Shown: piece after piece, positions 9,563 to 20,736 of the stretch | Layout of the letters: each line of letters starts with the position of its first letter | How positions within the stretch are numbered: position 1 is the first letter of the stretch | Source of the DNA: Alphaproteobacteria bacterium | GTDB lineage: Bacteria; Pseudomonadota; Alphaproteobacteria; G965222575 | Reading direction: 5' to 3' | Length of the DNA: 64,000 nt | Assembly: GCA_965222575.1 (NCBI GenBank) | Contig: OZ244958.1 | Coordinates: 640,001-704,000, forward strand | Translations under genes and position numbers: made by a program | The notes under the pieces: model-generated | Database searches by the model: none | The model's input: the letters and a program-made list of their open reading frames with translations, nothing else | Told to the model about the DNA's origin: nothing

Positions 9563-10827
9563 CAAAAGAGATGCTACTGGAACCTTTTGTTAAGGGTATT
9601 AAGAGTCGTGATGCTTTTCGCGTTGGCATGGAGTATGAGTTTTTTTTGTGTCATGAAGAGACAGGTAAGCCTATCGGTTACGATGTGATTGAGAGTCTCT
9701 TTGGTCTTTTGTGTGATGTTGATGGCTGGAGTCCTGTGCGGGAGGGAGTATATGTGATTGCTCTTAGCAAAGGGGGCATGTCACTGACTTTAGAGCCGGG
9801 CGGGCAATTTGAGATTTCCACCCCTCCTTACCGAACGCTTCATGAGGTACATGAGGAGTTGGTAACGGTATTGCGTGTGCTGAGCGGTATTTGTCAGAAG
9901 ATGGGTATTAGGCCTGTGTTTCGTGGGTTTCACCCTACGGCGAAACGCGAGGAGATCGCCTTTATGCCAAAAGTGCGCTATGACATTATGAAGCACTATA
10001 TGTCAAAAAAGGGAGACTGTGGCTTGGATATGATGTTGCGTACCACAGGCTTGCAGGTGGCCATTGATTACGAATCGGAAGAAGATATGGTGCTGAAATA
10101 TCGTCTGGCTTTATTGCTTTCTCCGTTTTTTCGCGCGGTTTTTGCCTCCTCCCCCTTTTGCAATGGGGAGAAAACCCCTTTTGTTAGTTATAGAGGCTAT
10201 GTATGGGATAATACGGACGCTGAAAGATGTGGTATCCCTTCTGTTGTGTTTTCGAAAGGGTTTGGATTTTGTGCTTATGTGGACTATCTGTTAGGAGTGC
10301 CTATGTATTTTGTGATGGATAGAGAGACTGGGGTTTATCATGATGTAGCGGGGAGTGATTTTTCAGAGTTTTTATCTGGTAAGCTCTCTGGTTGTGAAGA
10401 CCTTATCCCTAAAGCGGAGGATTGGGAAGACCATATTGCTGCGGTGTTTCCTGAAGTAAGGTTGAGGCCTTATTTAGAGTTACGTTCTGCTGATGGAGGG
10501 ACTCCGTTAGTAGCATTAGCTTATGGGGCTTTTATTGTGGGGATTTTTTATCATGAAGAGTCTTTACAGGAGGCTTGGGATATGGTGAAAGGATGGCAGG
10601 AAGGGATTAAAGAGATTTTGGTTGCGTCTTCTAAAGAGGGACTTGATACCTCTTTGTCGAGCGGCACCTTGAGAGAGGTGGGGAAAGACTTAGTAGGTCT
10701 TGCGGTGCAAGGATTGGAGAAACGGGGGAAGGGGGAAGAGGTTTATCTGGAGCCAATGGAGTTTTTATTAAAGCGGCAGCGGGGCGATATTGGTGAGAAG
10801 CAAGGCGGGGGCTGGGAGGAGCTGTAA
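9556..10827 (+). CDS. gshA: Glutamate-cysteine ligase (alphaproteobacterial/plant type)
   Basis: GMEYE, LEPGGQFE, MPK.RY.IM, MM..T...QV, FASSP, FPEVRL..YLE.R.AD. Confidence 0.92.
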   Translation: MLTKEMLLEPFVKGIKSRDAFRVGMEYEFFLCHEETGKPIGYDVIESLFGLLCDVDGWSPVREGVYVIALSKGGMSLTLEPGGQFEISTPPYRTLHEVHEELVTVLRVLSGICQKMGIRPVFRGFHPTAKREEIAFMPKVRYDIMKHYMSKKGDCGLDMMLRTTGLQVAIDYESEEDMVLKYRLALLLSPFFRAVFASSPFCNGEKTPFVSYRGYVWDNTDAERCGIPSVVFSKGFGFCAYVDYLLGVPMYFVMDRETGVYHDVAGSDFSEFLSGKLSGCEDLIPKAEDWEDHIAAVFPEVRLRPYLELRSADGGTPLVALAYGAFIVGIFYHEESLQEAWDMVKGWQEGIKEILVASSKEGLDTSLSSGTLREVGKDLVGLAVQGLEKRGKGEEVYLEPMEFLLKRQRGDIGEKQGGGWEEL

Positions 10828-10830
10828 GAG

Positions 10831-10878
10831 GAGGGATACCCTCTAAAGGGATACCCTCTAAAGGGGTACCCTTTTTTT
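10831..10878. terminator. Triple near-palindromic repeat AGGG(A/G)TACCCT plus T-tract; probable terminator between convergent gshA and gmk
   Basis: gagggataccctctaaagggataccctctaaaggggtacccttttttt. Confidence 0.55.
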
Positions 10879-10892
10879 GTAGCTGTGGAGTG

Positions 10893-11519
10893 TTAGGTAA
10901 AGTTTTGAACGAAAGGTTCTAAATAGCCTTGTACGGTTTTGTGGTAGGAGAATCCTCTGATGAGGGATTCTAGGATTTGTTGACAGGTTTGCAGATGGTC
11001 GTTAATGACGACATAGTCGTATTGTGTATAGTGTGTGATTTCTTGTTGTGCTACGGACATGCGGTTTTTGAGCGTGTCCTGTGAGTCTTGGTTACGGGCT
11101 TTGAGTCGTTGGTGGAGGACTTGCAGGGAGGGTGGTAGGATAAAGATAGTCATTAAGGGTATGTTGAGGGGCTGTTGTTGGATTTGGAGTACCCCTTGCC
11201 AGTCTATATCGAATAGGACATCGTATCCTTTGTTGAGGAGGGAGAGGACTTGTTGTTTTTCTGTTCCGTAGAAGTTCCCGAAGACTTTGGCGTATTCTAG
11301 GAAGTCCCCTTTTTTTTGTTTTTTGTTGAAGTTGTCAAGGGAGGTGAAGTGGTAGTCTATGCCTTGTTGTTCGTTGGGTCTTTTGGGTCGTGTTGTGGTA
11401 GAGATGGAGAGACGCAGTTTAGGGAAGGTCTTGATGAGGTGTTGGCACATTGTGGTTTTTCCGGCTCCTGAGGGGGAGGAGAGGAGTGTCATGAAGGGTT
11501 TTCGTTTAGGGAGGGGCAT
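10893..11519 (-). CDS. gmk: Guanylate kinase
   Basis: SSPSGAGKTT, TTRPKRPNE, FLEYAKVFGNFYGT, DIDWQG. Confidence 0.96.
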   Translation of the reverse strand: MPLPKRKPFMTLLSSPSGAGKTTMCQHLIKTFPKLRLSISTTTRPKRPNEQQGIDYHFTSLDNFNKKQKKGDFLEYAKVFGNFYGTEKQQVLSLLNKGYDVLFDIDWQGVLQIQQQPLNIPLMTIFILPPSLQVLHQRLKARNQDSQDTLKNRMSVAQQEITHYTQYDYVVINDHLQTCQQILESLIRGFSYHKTVQGYLEPFVQNFT

Positions 11520-11626
11520 GAGATTTTGTTAGGGTAATCGTGGTAACAAGGGGGAAAGTTTAGTATATACTATCAAAGAGAGGGGGTATGAAAAAGGGCT
11601 TTTCTTTTTTAGGGAGGGTGAGTTTT

Positions 11627-12427
11627 ATGGGAGAGATTATTCTTTATAGTGGGGAGGAGTTTGCATTTATGAGGCGTGCTGGGAGGCTAGCGGTGCAAAC
11701 ATTGGATTATTTAGAGCCAAAAGTAGAAGTTGGTATGACCACTGATGAGGTCAATAGAATCTGTCATGATTTTATTGTATCTCATGGGGGGAAGCCGGCG
11801 AGTTTGCATTATAGAGGGTTTCCGAAATCGGTGTGTACGTCTGTTAATCATGTGGTTTGCCATGGGATACCGGGGCAGCAGGTTTTGAAGGAAGGAGATA
11901 TTATGAATGTGGATGTTACAGTTATTGTGGAGGGTTTTTATGGTGATACAAGCCGTATGATAGGAGTTGGGAAGATAGGGATATCTCCCCGACGACTAGT
12001 TGAGGTGACGGGTCAGTGTCTTTGGAAAGGGATTGAGGCTGCTAGTTGCGAGGGTGCGACATTAGGCGATATTGGATATGCTATTGAGCATCATGCTAGG
12101 AAGTATCGTTATGAGGTGGTACGCGAGCTATGCGGTCACGGTATTGGGAGGAATTTTCATGAAAGTCCAAGTGTTTTACACTTCGGTCGTCCAGCAGAAG
12201 GGATACGGCTGAAGGCGGGCATGTGTTTTACCATAGAGCCTATGATTAATGCTGGGCGCAAGGAGATTAAGCTGAAACAGGACGGCTGGACAATTGTGAC
12301 GAGAGACCTGTCTTTATCGGCTCAATACGAACATACCATTGGGATTAGGGAGGAGGGTATTGAGATTTTTACTTTAAGTCCAAAAGAGAATGTTCCTCCC
12401 ACTGTGCGGCTACACAAAGGCCCTTAA
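11627..12427 (+). CDS. map: Methionine aminopeptidase type I
   Basis: SVNHVVCHGIP, DVT, GDTSR, GHGIG..FHE, TIEPMIN, AQYEHT. GGAGG RBS before ATG 11627; ORF track starts at 11588. Confidence 0.96.
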   Translation: MGEIILYSGEEFAFMRRAGRLAVQTLDYLEPKVEVGMTTDEVNRICHDFIVSHGGKPASLHYRGFPKSVCTSVNHVVCHGIPGQQVLKEGDIMNVDVTVIVEGFYGDTSRMIGVGKIGISPRRLVEVTGQCLWKGIEAASCEGATLGDIGYAIEHHARKYRYEVVRELCGHGIGRNFHESPSVLHFGRPAEGIRLKAGMCFTIEPMINAGRKEIKLKQDGWTIVTRDLSLSAQYEHTIGIREEGIEIFTLSPKENVPPTVRLHKGP

Positions 12428-13456
12428 TTTGCCTTCTACGGCACCTCCCTTTGCCTTCTTTTTCTTAATTCTTGCCTTCTCTTAATGCGGCACCCCCCCC
12501 CTTTGCCTTCTCTCTCTTAATGCGGACTCCCCCCTTGCCTTCTCTCTCTTAATGCCCTTCCCCTCTTTGCCTTCCCTCTCTTAATGCGACTCTTCCCCCT
12601 TTGCCTTCTCTCTCTTAATGCGGCACCCCGCCTTCCCCCCCCCCCCCCTTTGCCTTCTCTCTCTTAATGCGCACTCCCCTTTGCCTTCCCTCTCTTAATG
12701 CACTCCCCTTTGTCTTCCCTCTCTTAATGCGGCACTCCCCCTTTGCCTTCCCTCTCTTAATGCGGCACCTCCCCTTTGCCTTCCCTCTCTTAATGCGGCA
12801 TCCTCCCCTTTGCCTTCCCTCTCTTAATGCGACCCCCCTTTGTCTTCCCTCTCTTAATGCGACTCCTTCCTCTTTGCCTTCCCTCTCTTAATGCGGCACC
12901 CCTCCTCCCTTTGCCTTCCCTCTCTTAATGCGACTCCCCCCTTTGCCTTCTCTCTCTTAATGCGGCACCCCTCCTCTTTGCCCCCCTCTTAATGCGCCTT
13001 CTCTCTCTTAATGCGGCACTCCTCCCCTTTGCCTTCCCCCTTTGACTCCCCTTCTTCTCTCTTAATGCGGCACCCCCCTTTGCCTTCTCTCTCTTAATGC
13101 CTCCTCCTCTTTGCCTTCCCCTTAATGCCCCCCCCTTTGCCTTCCCTCTCTTAATGCGACACCCCCCTTTGCCTTCCCTCTCTTAATGCGGCATCCCCCC
13201 TTTGCCTTCTCTCTCTTAATGCGGCATCCTCCTCTTTGCCTTCCCTCTCTTAATGCGACTCCCCCCTTTGCCTTCTCTCTTAATGCGGCACCCCCCTTTG
13301 CCTTCCCTCCGCACCCCCCTTTGCCTTTCTCTCTTAATGCGGCCCCCCCTTTGCCTTCTCTTAATGCCCCCCATGGAAGGACAGGAAGGAGCTTATTGAA
13401 GGATTAGGGAAGTGTCTTTAGAATTTATTAGTAATCAGCCTTCCCTCTCTTAATGC
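12423..13456. repeat. Degenerate pyrimidine-rich tandem satellite, unit ~30-35 bp TTTGCCTTC(C/T)CTCTCTTAATGC(GGCA/GAC) plus C-run
   Basis: About 28 occurrences of CTTAATGC counted by eye; intervening segments are short low-complexity C-runs, not unique spacers. Confidence 0.95.
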
Positions 13457-13545
13457 GTTAGTCTCAGGCGTTAGTCGAAGGCTTTAAGGCTTTAGTCTCA
13501 GGCGGCTCAGGCGTTAGTTTAGTCGAAGGCGTTAGTCTCATGCGA
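13455..13545. repeat. Second short degenerate tandem repeat (~13 bp, GCGTTAGTC(TCAG/GAAG))
   Basis: gcgttagtctcag gcgttagtcgaag ... tttagtctcag ... ttagtcgaag gcgttagtctca. Confidence 0.8.
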
Positions 13546-13638
13546 GGATTTTTTGAAAAAAAAGCTGTCAACAGGAGTGGAATTTTGTAAAGTGGAAAGA
13601 GAGATGAATTAGCCTTCTGGGGTTAGTCTTACTATAGG

Positions 13639-14616
13639 TTGGTGCCTGTGGAGAAAGTTTTTAAGCGTAAGAAAATAGCCCTTATTGGTGGTGGCAATAT
13701 AGGGGGTAGTATAGCTTATCAGTTAGCATTAGAGGGGATAGGTGATGTAGTGATTGTTGATATTATGGGTGATGTAGCGGTGGGGAAGGCTTTGGATATA
13801 CAGCAGGGTAGTGCGGCGGTTGGTGTTGATGTGCGGGTAGAGGGGAGTGATGAGTACCGCGCCATTGCGGGGGCGGATGTAGTGATTGTGACGGCGGGTG
13901 TTGCCCGTAGGGAGGGCATGAGTCGCGAAGATTTATTGTCTATTAACAGGAAGGTGATGTTGGAGGTAGGCAAAGAGATAGGGGCGTATGCTAAAGAGGC
14001 ATTTGTCATTTGCATCACGAATCCTTTAGATGTGATGGTTGGGGTATTACAGAGGGCATCGGGTCTTGAGACCTGTAAGGTTGTGGGCATGGCTGGGGTA
14101 TTGGATAGTGCTAGGTTTGCGACGTTTTTGTCTCAAGCGTTGGAGGTATCTGTGCGGGAGGTTTTTGCTTTAGTGTTAGGGGGGCATGGGGATTTGATGG
14201 TACCGTTGGTGCGGTTTACAACGGTATGCGGTGTTGGGCTTCCGGTGTGGATTGAGAGAGGAGACTTGAGTGCGGAGACTTTATTAGGGATTATAGAGAG
14301 GACTCGTGAGGGAGGTCTTGAGATTGTGCGTTTATTACAGAAGGGGTCTGCGTATTATGCCCCTGCCGTGGCGGCTGTTGAGATGGCAAAGGCGGTGTTA
14401 TTTCATCGCCGTAGGATGATGCCTGTAGCGGCTTTTTGTCGTGGGGAATATGGCGTACAAGGTGCTTATGTTGGTGTACCTGTGATTCTTGGTGGTGGTG
14501 GCGTGGAGAAGATTGTGGAGCTTCCTTTGAATGAAAAGGAGCAGGAAGAGTTTCGAGCATCTTATGAGTCTGTTGCGTCTTTGGTAGAGCAATGTGACCG
14601 GTTGGAGTCTTCATGA
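13639..14616 (+). CDS. mdh: Malate dehydrogenase (LDH-like)
   Basis: KIALIGGGNIG, TAGVARREGMSREDL, ITNPLD, GVLDSARF, GGHGD, GSAYYAPA. Confidence 0.96.
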   Translation: MVPVEKVFKRKKIALIGGGNIGGSIAYQLALEGIGDVVIVDIMGDVAVGKALDIQQGSAAVGVDVRVEGSDEYRAIAGADVVIVTAGVARREGMSREDLLSINRKVMLEVGKEIGAYAKEAFVICITNPLDVMVGVLQRASGLETCKVVGMAGVLDSARFATFLSQALEVSVREVFALVLGGHGDLMVPLVRFTTVCGVGLPVWIERGDLSAETLLGIIERTREGGLEIVRLLQKGSAYYAPAVAAVEMAKAVLFHRRRMMPVAAFCRGEYGVQGAYVGVPVILGGGGVEKIVELPLNEKEQEEFRASYESVASLVEQCDRLESS

Positions 14617-15806
14617 AGATTCACGAATATCAAGCGAAGGCTTTGTTAAAATCTTACGGGGTTCCTGTGTTAGCGGGAGGTGTTGTTTTTCGTGGGGAGG
14701 AGGCGGAGGCGGTTGCGCGTTCTTTGGGGAGTGAGACTTATGTTGTGAAGGCGCAGATTCATGCTGGAGGGCGTGGTGCTGGGCGGTTTTTGAGAAATGG
14801 AAAACTGGATAAAGAGGGCGGGGGCGGGGTGCGTCTTGTGTCCAGTCTTGAGGAGGTAGGCAAGGCGGCTCGTGATATGTTGGGTGCCCCTTTAGTGACA
14901 AAACAGACCGGTAAAAAAGGCAAGATAGTCAAGAGGCTTTATATTGAAGAGGGGACTACTATTGAGCAAGAATTTTATCTTTCTCTTCTGTTGGATAAAA
15001 AGACGCAAAGTCTTACTTTTGTTGCGTCTTCTGAGGGGGGGGTGGATATTGAAGAGGTAGCCCTGCAGCGCCCGGAAAAGATTCTCAAGGAATCTGTTCA
15101 TCCTTTAGAGGGCATAGAAAATTACAAGGCTAGGAAAATCGCTTTTAGATTAGGCTTAAACCCTGATACAATCTCTCCTTTTGTGGCGCTCTTGAAGAAA
15201 CTTTATCAGGCTTTACTACAATTGGATGCCACATTGATAGAGATTAATCCTTTAATTTTAACGGAGGAGCGGTGGACGGCGTTGGATGCGAAAATGCTCT
15301 TGGATGACAATGCGGCTTTCAGACACAAAGAGTGGAAAGAGTTGCGCGATGATAATGAAGAAGAGGTAACAGAAAAGAAAGCCTCGGATTATCAACTGAA
15401 CTATGTGCGCCTAGATGGCAACATTGGCTGTATGGTCAATGGGGCGGGATTGGCTATGGCGACTATGGATGTGATACAGCTTTATGGTGGGAAGCCTGCT
15501 AATTTTCTTGATGTTGGAGGTGGTACGACTAAGGACCGCGTGAAGGCGGCTTTTGATATTATTCTCTCTGATAAGAAGGTGAAAGGCATATTGGTGAATA
15601 TTTTTGGGGGGATTGTCCGATGCGATGTTTTAGCGAGCGGTATTTTAGCAGCTTTAGAAGAAAAGCCCTTGCATGTTCCTTTAGTCATACGACTAGAGGG
15701 GACGCATAGACAGGAAGGCATAGAGATGTTGAACTCTTCATCGTTTCCTCTTAAGGTTGCGAATACGCTTCGGGAAGCGGCTTTGAGCATTATTGAGTGT
15801 GTGTGA
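14613..15806 (+). CDS. sucC: Succinyl-CoA synthetase beta subunit
   Basis: [40 protein letters not shown]. Confidence 0.98.
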   Translation: MKIHEYQAKALLKSYGVPVLAGGVVFRGEEAEAVARSLGSETYVVKAQIHAGGRGAGRFLRNGKLDKEGGGGVRLVSSLEEVGKAARDMLGAPLVTKQTGKKGKIVKRLYIEEGTTIEQEFYLSLLLDKKTQSLTFVASSEGGVDIEEVALQRPEKILKESVHPLEGIENYKARKIAFRLGLNPDTISPFVALLKKLYQALLQLDATLIEINPLILTEERWTALDAKMLLDDNAAFRHKEWKELRDDNEEEVTEKKASDYQLNYVRLDGNIGCMVNGAGLAMATMDVIQLYGGKPANFLDVGGGTTKDRVKAAFDIILSDKKVKGILVNIFGGIVRCDVLASGILAALEEKPLHVPLVIRLEGTHRQEGIEMLNSSSFPLKVANTLREAALSIIECV

Positions 15807-15807
15807 G

Positions 15808-16680
15808 ATGGCGATACTAGTAGGGAGTGATACGCGTGTGATTTGTCAGGGATTTACAGGGTCTCAAGGGACTTTTCATAGTCAGGGGTGTTTGGATTAT
15901 GGCACCCGGTTGGTAGGGGGTTGTACGCCCGGAAAGGGGGGACAGACGCACATGGGGTTACCGGTTTTCAACACCATGATGGAGGCGGTGGAGGAGACTG
16001 GTGCTACGGCTTCTATGATTTTTGTTCCGCCTGCTTTTGCGAAAGATGCCATTTTAGAAGCCGCTGATGCTGGCATTGAACTGGTTGTCTGTATCACGGA
16101 GGGGATTCCTATACTGGATATGATGCGGGTTAAGAAGTTGCTACAGTCTTACAAGACGCGGTTAATAGGGCCTAATTGTCCGGGTATTATTACACCCGGG
16201 CAGTGCAAGATTGGCATTATGTCTGGAGATATTCACCAAGAAGGGTGTATTGGGGTGATATCGCGCTCTGGTACACTCACTTACGAGGCGGTTTTACAAC
16301 TGACTGAGAATGGGTTAGGTCAAAGTACCTGTATTGGGATAGGAGGAGACCCGTTACCGGGCACGAGTTTTATTGATTGTTTGGAGCTTTTTCTCAATGA
16401 TGAGGGAACGGAAGGCATTGTGATGATTGGAGAGATTGGCGGCACGGCGGAAGAAGAGGCGGCGCTTTTTATTGAGCGTTGTGCGGTGAAGAAGCCGATT
16501 GTGAGTTTTATTGCGGGTCTTACGGCGCCTCCGGGGAAGCGCATGGGGCATGCTGGGGCTATTGTGGAAGGGGGGCAGGGCACGGCTAAGAGCAAGATAG
16601 AGGCACTTAAGAAAGCGGGGGTACGTGTTGTGGATTCGCCTGTAGAAATAGGGGATGTGATGAAACAAGTGTTAAGCTAG
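15808..16680 (+). CDS. sucD: Succinyl-CoA synthetase alpha subunit
   Basis: [26 protein letters not shown]. Confidence 0.98.
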   Translation: MAILVGSDTRVICQGFTGSQGTFHSQGCLDYGTRLVGGCTPGKGGQTHMGLPVFNTMMEAVEETGATASMIFVPPAFAKDAILEAADAGIELVVCITEGIPILDMMRVKKLLQSYKTRLIGPNCPGIITPGQCKIGIMSGDIHQEGCIGVISRSGTLTYEAVLQLTENGLGQSTCIGIGGDPLPGTSFIDCLELFLNDEGTEGIVMIGEIGGTAEEEAALFIERCAVKKPIVSFIAGLTAPPGKRMGHAGAIVEGGQGTAKSKIEALKKAGVRVVDSPVEIGDVMKQVLS

Positions 16681-16681
16681 T

Positions 16682-19492
16682 ATGGGTGGGTCTCCTAATG
16701 AGATACTAAGCGCTATTCTGTCTGGGGATAGTGTTGAATGGGTTGAAGGGTTGTATAGGGGGTATCAGGAAGACCCGTCTTCAGTTTCTTCTCAATGGCA
16801 AGAGGTTTTTTTAGCTCTTGGAGGGCAAAAGGACGGGGTGGGGCGAAAAGAGAAAGAGGCGCGCGGGTGGCACCGGGCGGTAGAGAAGGCTTTATATGGT
16901 GCTGAGACTGAGGTAAAGAGCGCCATTTCTTCCACGCAGTTAAAAGTGGCTATTCAAGATTCCATACGGGCATGGATGCTGATTCGTGCTTACAGAGTGA
17001 GGGGACATCTCTCTGCTTCTCTTGACCCCTTGAAGTTGCATCCTCCTGTGAATCATGGAGACTTGGACCCTAAGACTTATGGCTTTGAGACCAAAGATAT
17101 GGAAAGAGAGATTTATTTAGGAGGGGTATTAGGTCTTGAAGTGGCTTCTATAAAAGAGCTTCTGAGTGTGTTACAACGTCTGTATTGCGGCACTTTAGCT
17201 GTGGAATACATGCATATACAGAGTCTACAGCAAAGAGAGTGGATACAGAAAGCCATAGAGTCCCCGCCGCCTGGTTTTGATGAGGAGAAGAAAGGGTTTA
17301 TTCTTGAGCAGCTGTTGCAGTCGGAGAATTTTGAGCGTTTTTTAGGTCTTAAGTTTATTGGCACGAAGCGGTTTGGACTTGATGGCGGAGAAGCCACGCT
17401 TCCAGCCTTGCGCGAAGCCATAGAGCGTGGGGCTGCCCATGAGGTGGAGGAAGTGATTATTGGCATGGCTCACCGGGGGCGCCTGAATGTGCTAACGCAT
17501 CTGTTACAAAAGCCCTATGCCTCTATTTTTCGGGAATTTCAGGGACACTTTGATGCTGATCACCATGCCTTAGGTTCTGGTGATGTGAAGTATCACCTCG
17601 GGAGTTCGGCTGATGTGAAAATAGGACAGAAAACCGTGCATTTATCGTTGACGGCGAATCCCTCTCATTTAGAATCTGTTGACCCTGTGGTGTTAGGGAA
17701 GGCTAAAGGGAAGAGTGATTTACGGGGTGGTCGCTTAGGCTATAGCAAGGTGTTGCCGATTTTGATTCATGGAGACGCTGCTTTTGCGGGACAGGGGGTG
17801 GTGTCTGAGTGTTTTACCCTCTCGCGTCTTGAAGGCTATGAGACGGGAGGGACATTGCATTTTGTGATTAACAATCAAATAGGGTTTACTACTGTTCCGC
17901 GGTATGGTCGTTCGTCACCTTACTGTTCTGATGTGGCAAAGATGGTTCAGGCGCCGATTTTTCATGTAGGCGGGGATGATCCGGAGGCTGTTGTGCGGGC
18001 TATGGCGCTTGCCATGGACTTTCGGCAAACTTTTCAGACTGATGTCGTGGTGGATATGTTCTGTTACCGCCGTCATGGTCATAATGAGGCGGATGAGCCG
18101 CTGTTTACGCAGCCTCTGATGTATAAGGCGATTGCGAAACATAAGAGCTGTGCTGTTGTCTATAGTGAGAAGCTACTCAAGGAGGGCGTGGTTTCTGAAG
18201 AGAGCGTTTTAGAGAGTAAAAAGCTCCATACTGAGCAGCTGGAGGAGGCCTTTTCTTCTGCTAAGCAATATGTTCCCACGCCTCCTGATTGGTTGGATGG
18301 CCAGTGGGAGAAGTTTCAGAAAGCGCCGCACAACTATTGTTATACGCAGACAGGCGTGTCAAAAAAGAAATTATTGTCCATTGTTCAAGCGATGAATGAG
18401 ACCCCGCAGGGGTTTGATGTTCATCCTAAGGTGAAGGCTCTCATGGAGAAGCGTCTGTTGATGTTGCGAAAAGGGGCGGGGATTGATTGGGCCACGGGGG
18501 AGGCATTGGCTATTGGGTCTTTATTGTTGGAAGGCGTGCCGGTGAGGTTTTCTGGTCAGGATAGTAGGCGTGGGACATTTAGCCAACGTCATGGCGTTAT
18601 TGTTCATCAGTCTACAGGAGAAGATTATGTGCCCTTGGGGTCTCTTGGGGCGCGGTTTGATCTTTTGGATTCTCCTCTTTCGGAGGAGGCGGTTTTAGGA
18701 TTTGAATATGGGTACAGTTTGACGCGTCCTGAAGTTTTAGTGATATGGGAAGCGCAATTTGGGGATTTCGCCAATGGGGCGCAGATTATTTTTGACCAAT
18801 TTATTTCTTCTGGGGAATATAAATGGTTAAGGATGTCAGGTCTCACGTTATTATTGCCCCATGGGTATGAAGGGCAAGGGCCTGAGCATAGTTCGGCGCG
18901 TCTTGAACGCTATCTTCAAGCGTGTGCTGAGCATAATCTTCAAGTGGTCAATCCCTCAACGCCGGCGAATTTTTTTCATCTTCTAAGACGCCAAGTCGTC
19001 ACGAATTTTCGCAAGCCTCTCGTGGTGATGACGCCAAAGTCTCTGTTGCGTCATAAAGGCTGTGTTTCCTCTTTGAAAGATTTTACAGCCGCTACGCGGT
19101 TTCAACGCATAAAAATGGAAGAAACCCCTGTCTGTTCTTTGGAGGAGGCAGAAAAAGTTGTGCTTTGCTCCGGCAAGGTTTATTATGATTTGTTACAGCG
19201 GCGTAAACAGGAGAAAAAGTTGGGACGCTTGACTTACATTATCAGGATTGAGCAATTATATCCTTTTCCCTTGGATGCTCTTGTGAGAGCAGGGGTTGGG
19301 AAGAAAGCGTTGAAGTGGTGTCAAGAGGAGCCTGAGAATATGGGGGCGTGGCGTTTTGTTGAACGGATTTTGAGGGAAGAGTTTGGGTCACTTACCTATG
19401 TTGGTCGCAAGGAAGCCGCCTCTCCTGCTACAGGACAAAGGCAGGTACATTATCAGGAACAGGAGGCGTTTTTAAAAGAGGCGTTGTCATAA
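16682..19492 (+). CDS. sucA: 2-oxoglutarate dehydrogenase E1
   Basis: [43 protein letters not shown]. Confidence 0.98.
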   Translation: MGGSPNEILSAILSGDSVEWVEGLYRGYQEDPSSVSSQWQEVFLALGGQKDGVGRKEKEARGWHRAVEKALYGAETEVKSAISSTQLKVAIQDSIRAWMLIRAYRVRGHLSASLDPLKLHPPVNHGDLDPKTYGFETKDMEREIYLGGVLGLEVASIKELLSVLQRLYCGTLAVEYMHIQSLQQREWIQKAIESPPPGFDEEKKGFILEQLLQSENFERFLGLKFIGTKRFGLDGGEATLPALREAIERGAAHEVEEVIIGMAHRGRLNVLTHLLQKPYASIFREFQGHFDADHHALGSGDVKYHLGSSADVKIGQKTVHLSLTANPSHLESVDPVVLGKAKGKSDLRGGRLGYSKVLPILIHGDAAFAGQGVVSECFTLSRLEGYETGGTLHFVINNQIGFTTVPRYGRSSPYCSDVAKMVQAPIFHVGGDDPEAVVRAMALAMDFRQTFQTDVVVDMFCYRRHGHNEADEPLFTQPLMYKAIAKHKSCAVVYSEKLLKEGVVSEESVLESKKLHTEQLEEAFSSAKQYVPTPPDWLDGQWEKFQKAPHNYCYTQTGVSKKKLLSIVQAMNETPQGFDVHPKVKALMEKRLLMLRKGAGIDWATGEALAIGSLLLEGVPVRFSGQDSRRGTFSQRHGVIVHQSTGEDYVPLGSLGARFDLLDSPLSEEAVLGFEYGYSLTRPEVLVIWEAQFGDFANGAQIIFDQFISSGEYKWLRMSGLTLLLPHGYEGQGPEHSSARLERYLQACAEHNLQVVNPSTPANFFHLLRRQVVTNFRKPLVVMTPKSLLRHKGCVSSLKDFTAATRFQRIKMEETPVCSLEEAEKVVLCSGKVYYDLLQRRKQEKKLGRLTYIIRIEQLYPFPLDALVRAGVGKKALKWCQEEPENMGAWRFVERILREEFGSLTYVGRKEAASPATGQRQVHYQEQEAFLKEALS

Positions 19493-19518
19493 TCAAAGGA
19501 AAAACTAGGGAGGGAATC

Positions 19519-20736
19519 ATGGTAGAAATATATGCTCCTGAAGTAGGGGAATCGGTTACGGAAGCTACTGTTGCTAAGTGGTATAAGAAGGTGGGGGAAG
19601 AGGTTAGGGAAGATGATGTTTTGTGTGCCTTGGAGACTGATAAGGTCACAATTGAAGTGCCGGCGCAAGTTGGGGGGGTATTGGAGAAGATAGTGGTGGA
19701 AGCAGGCGGCACGGTGATGGTGAAAGGCGTGCTAGGACACATTAAGGAGGGGGCGCGTGCCCGGGTTTCTCAAGAGAAAAAGGGGCAGCGTCGTGAGGAG
19801 AAGGAGGAGAAGGAAGAAAAGGAGGGAAAGGAAGCGTTGGTGATGGAGTCTGTGTTGGTGCTAGCCCAGGAGAAGGGGGTGGACATTTCCTCTATTAGCG
19901 GCACGGGGAAGGGGGGGCGTATTTTACGTGCTGATGTGTTGGCGGTGGCTGGAGAATCTGTAAAGGCGGCGGTATCGGCGGCGGTATCGGTGCCAGTGGA
20001 TACGCCGATTTTTTCCTCTGAAATGCGGCCGTTGAAAGAGGGGGAGCGTGCGGAGCCTATGACAAAGCTTAGGAAGACGGTGGCGAAGAGGCTGAAGGAA
20101 GCGCAACATAAAAGTGCGATTCTTACCACATTTAATGAAGTGGATTTGTCTTCTTTGAAAGAAGTGCGCCAAAAGTACCGTGAAGCTTTTGAGAAACGCC
20201 ACGGTGTGCGGCTAGGCTTTATGTCCTTTTTTGTCAAGGCAGCTACTGTGGCTTTACAACGCGTACCCTTAGTGAATGCTGAGATTAGCGGTGAGTCTAT
20301 TATTCTGAAAGATTTCTGTCATATTGGTGTTGCGGTGAGTACGCCTGCGGGATTGATGGTGCCGGTTCTTAAGCATGCGGAGAAACTGTCTTTAGCGGGA
20401 ATAGAGGCGTCCATTGCGAATTTTGCGAAAAAGGGCAGGGACGGCAACATATCCATAGAAGATTTAAGTGGCGGTAGCTTTACGATTTCCAATGGAGGGA
20501 TTTTTGGGTCTTTGCTATCGACGCCTATTTTGAATCCGCCTCAATCGGCTATTTTGGGGATGCATCGCATTGAAGAGAGAGCTGTGGTGGTGAAGGGGGA
20601 GGTAGTTGTACGTCCTATGATGTATTTGGCGTTGTCTTATGACCACCGTCTTGTGGATGGGCGTGAGGCTGTGACGTTTTTGGTGATTATTAAGCAGTGT
20701 TTAGAAGAGATTGAACGTTTGATACTGGACCTTTGA
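19519..20736 (+). CDS. sucB: 2-oxoglutarate dehydrogenase E2 (dihydrolipoamide succinyltransferase)
   Basis: Lipoyl [21 protein letters not shown]. Confidence 0.97.
   Translation: MVEIYAPEVGESVTEATVAKWYKKVGEEVREDDVLCALETDKVTIEVPAQVGGVLEKIVVEAGGTVMVKGVLGHIKEGARARVSQEKKGQRREEKEEKEEKEGKEALVMESVLVLAQEKGVDISSISGTGKGGRILRADVLAVAGESVKAAVSAAVSVPVDTPIFSSEMRPLKEGERAEPMTKLRKTVAKRLKEAQHKSAILTTFNEVDLSSLKEVRQKYREAFEKRHGVRLGFMSFFVKAATVALQRVPLVNAEISGESIILKDFCHIGVAVSTPAGLMVPVLKHAEKLSLAGIEASIANFAKKGRDGNISIEDLSGGSFTISNGGIFGSLLSTPILNPPQSAILGMHRIEERAVVVKGEVVVRPMMYLALSYDHRLVDGREAVTFLVIIKQCLEEIERLILDL

Noticed and set aside
12667-13407. ORFs 12667-12891 and 13186-13407
   Set aside because: Translations of the satellite that shift frame with homopolymer length; no RBS.
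12423-13456. CRISPR array
   Set aside because: Segments between cores are ~5-15 nt low-complexity C-runs rather than unique 25-45 nt spacers, and no cas genes are in the window.
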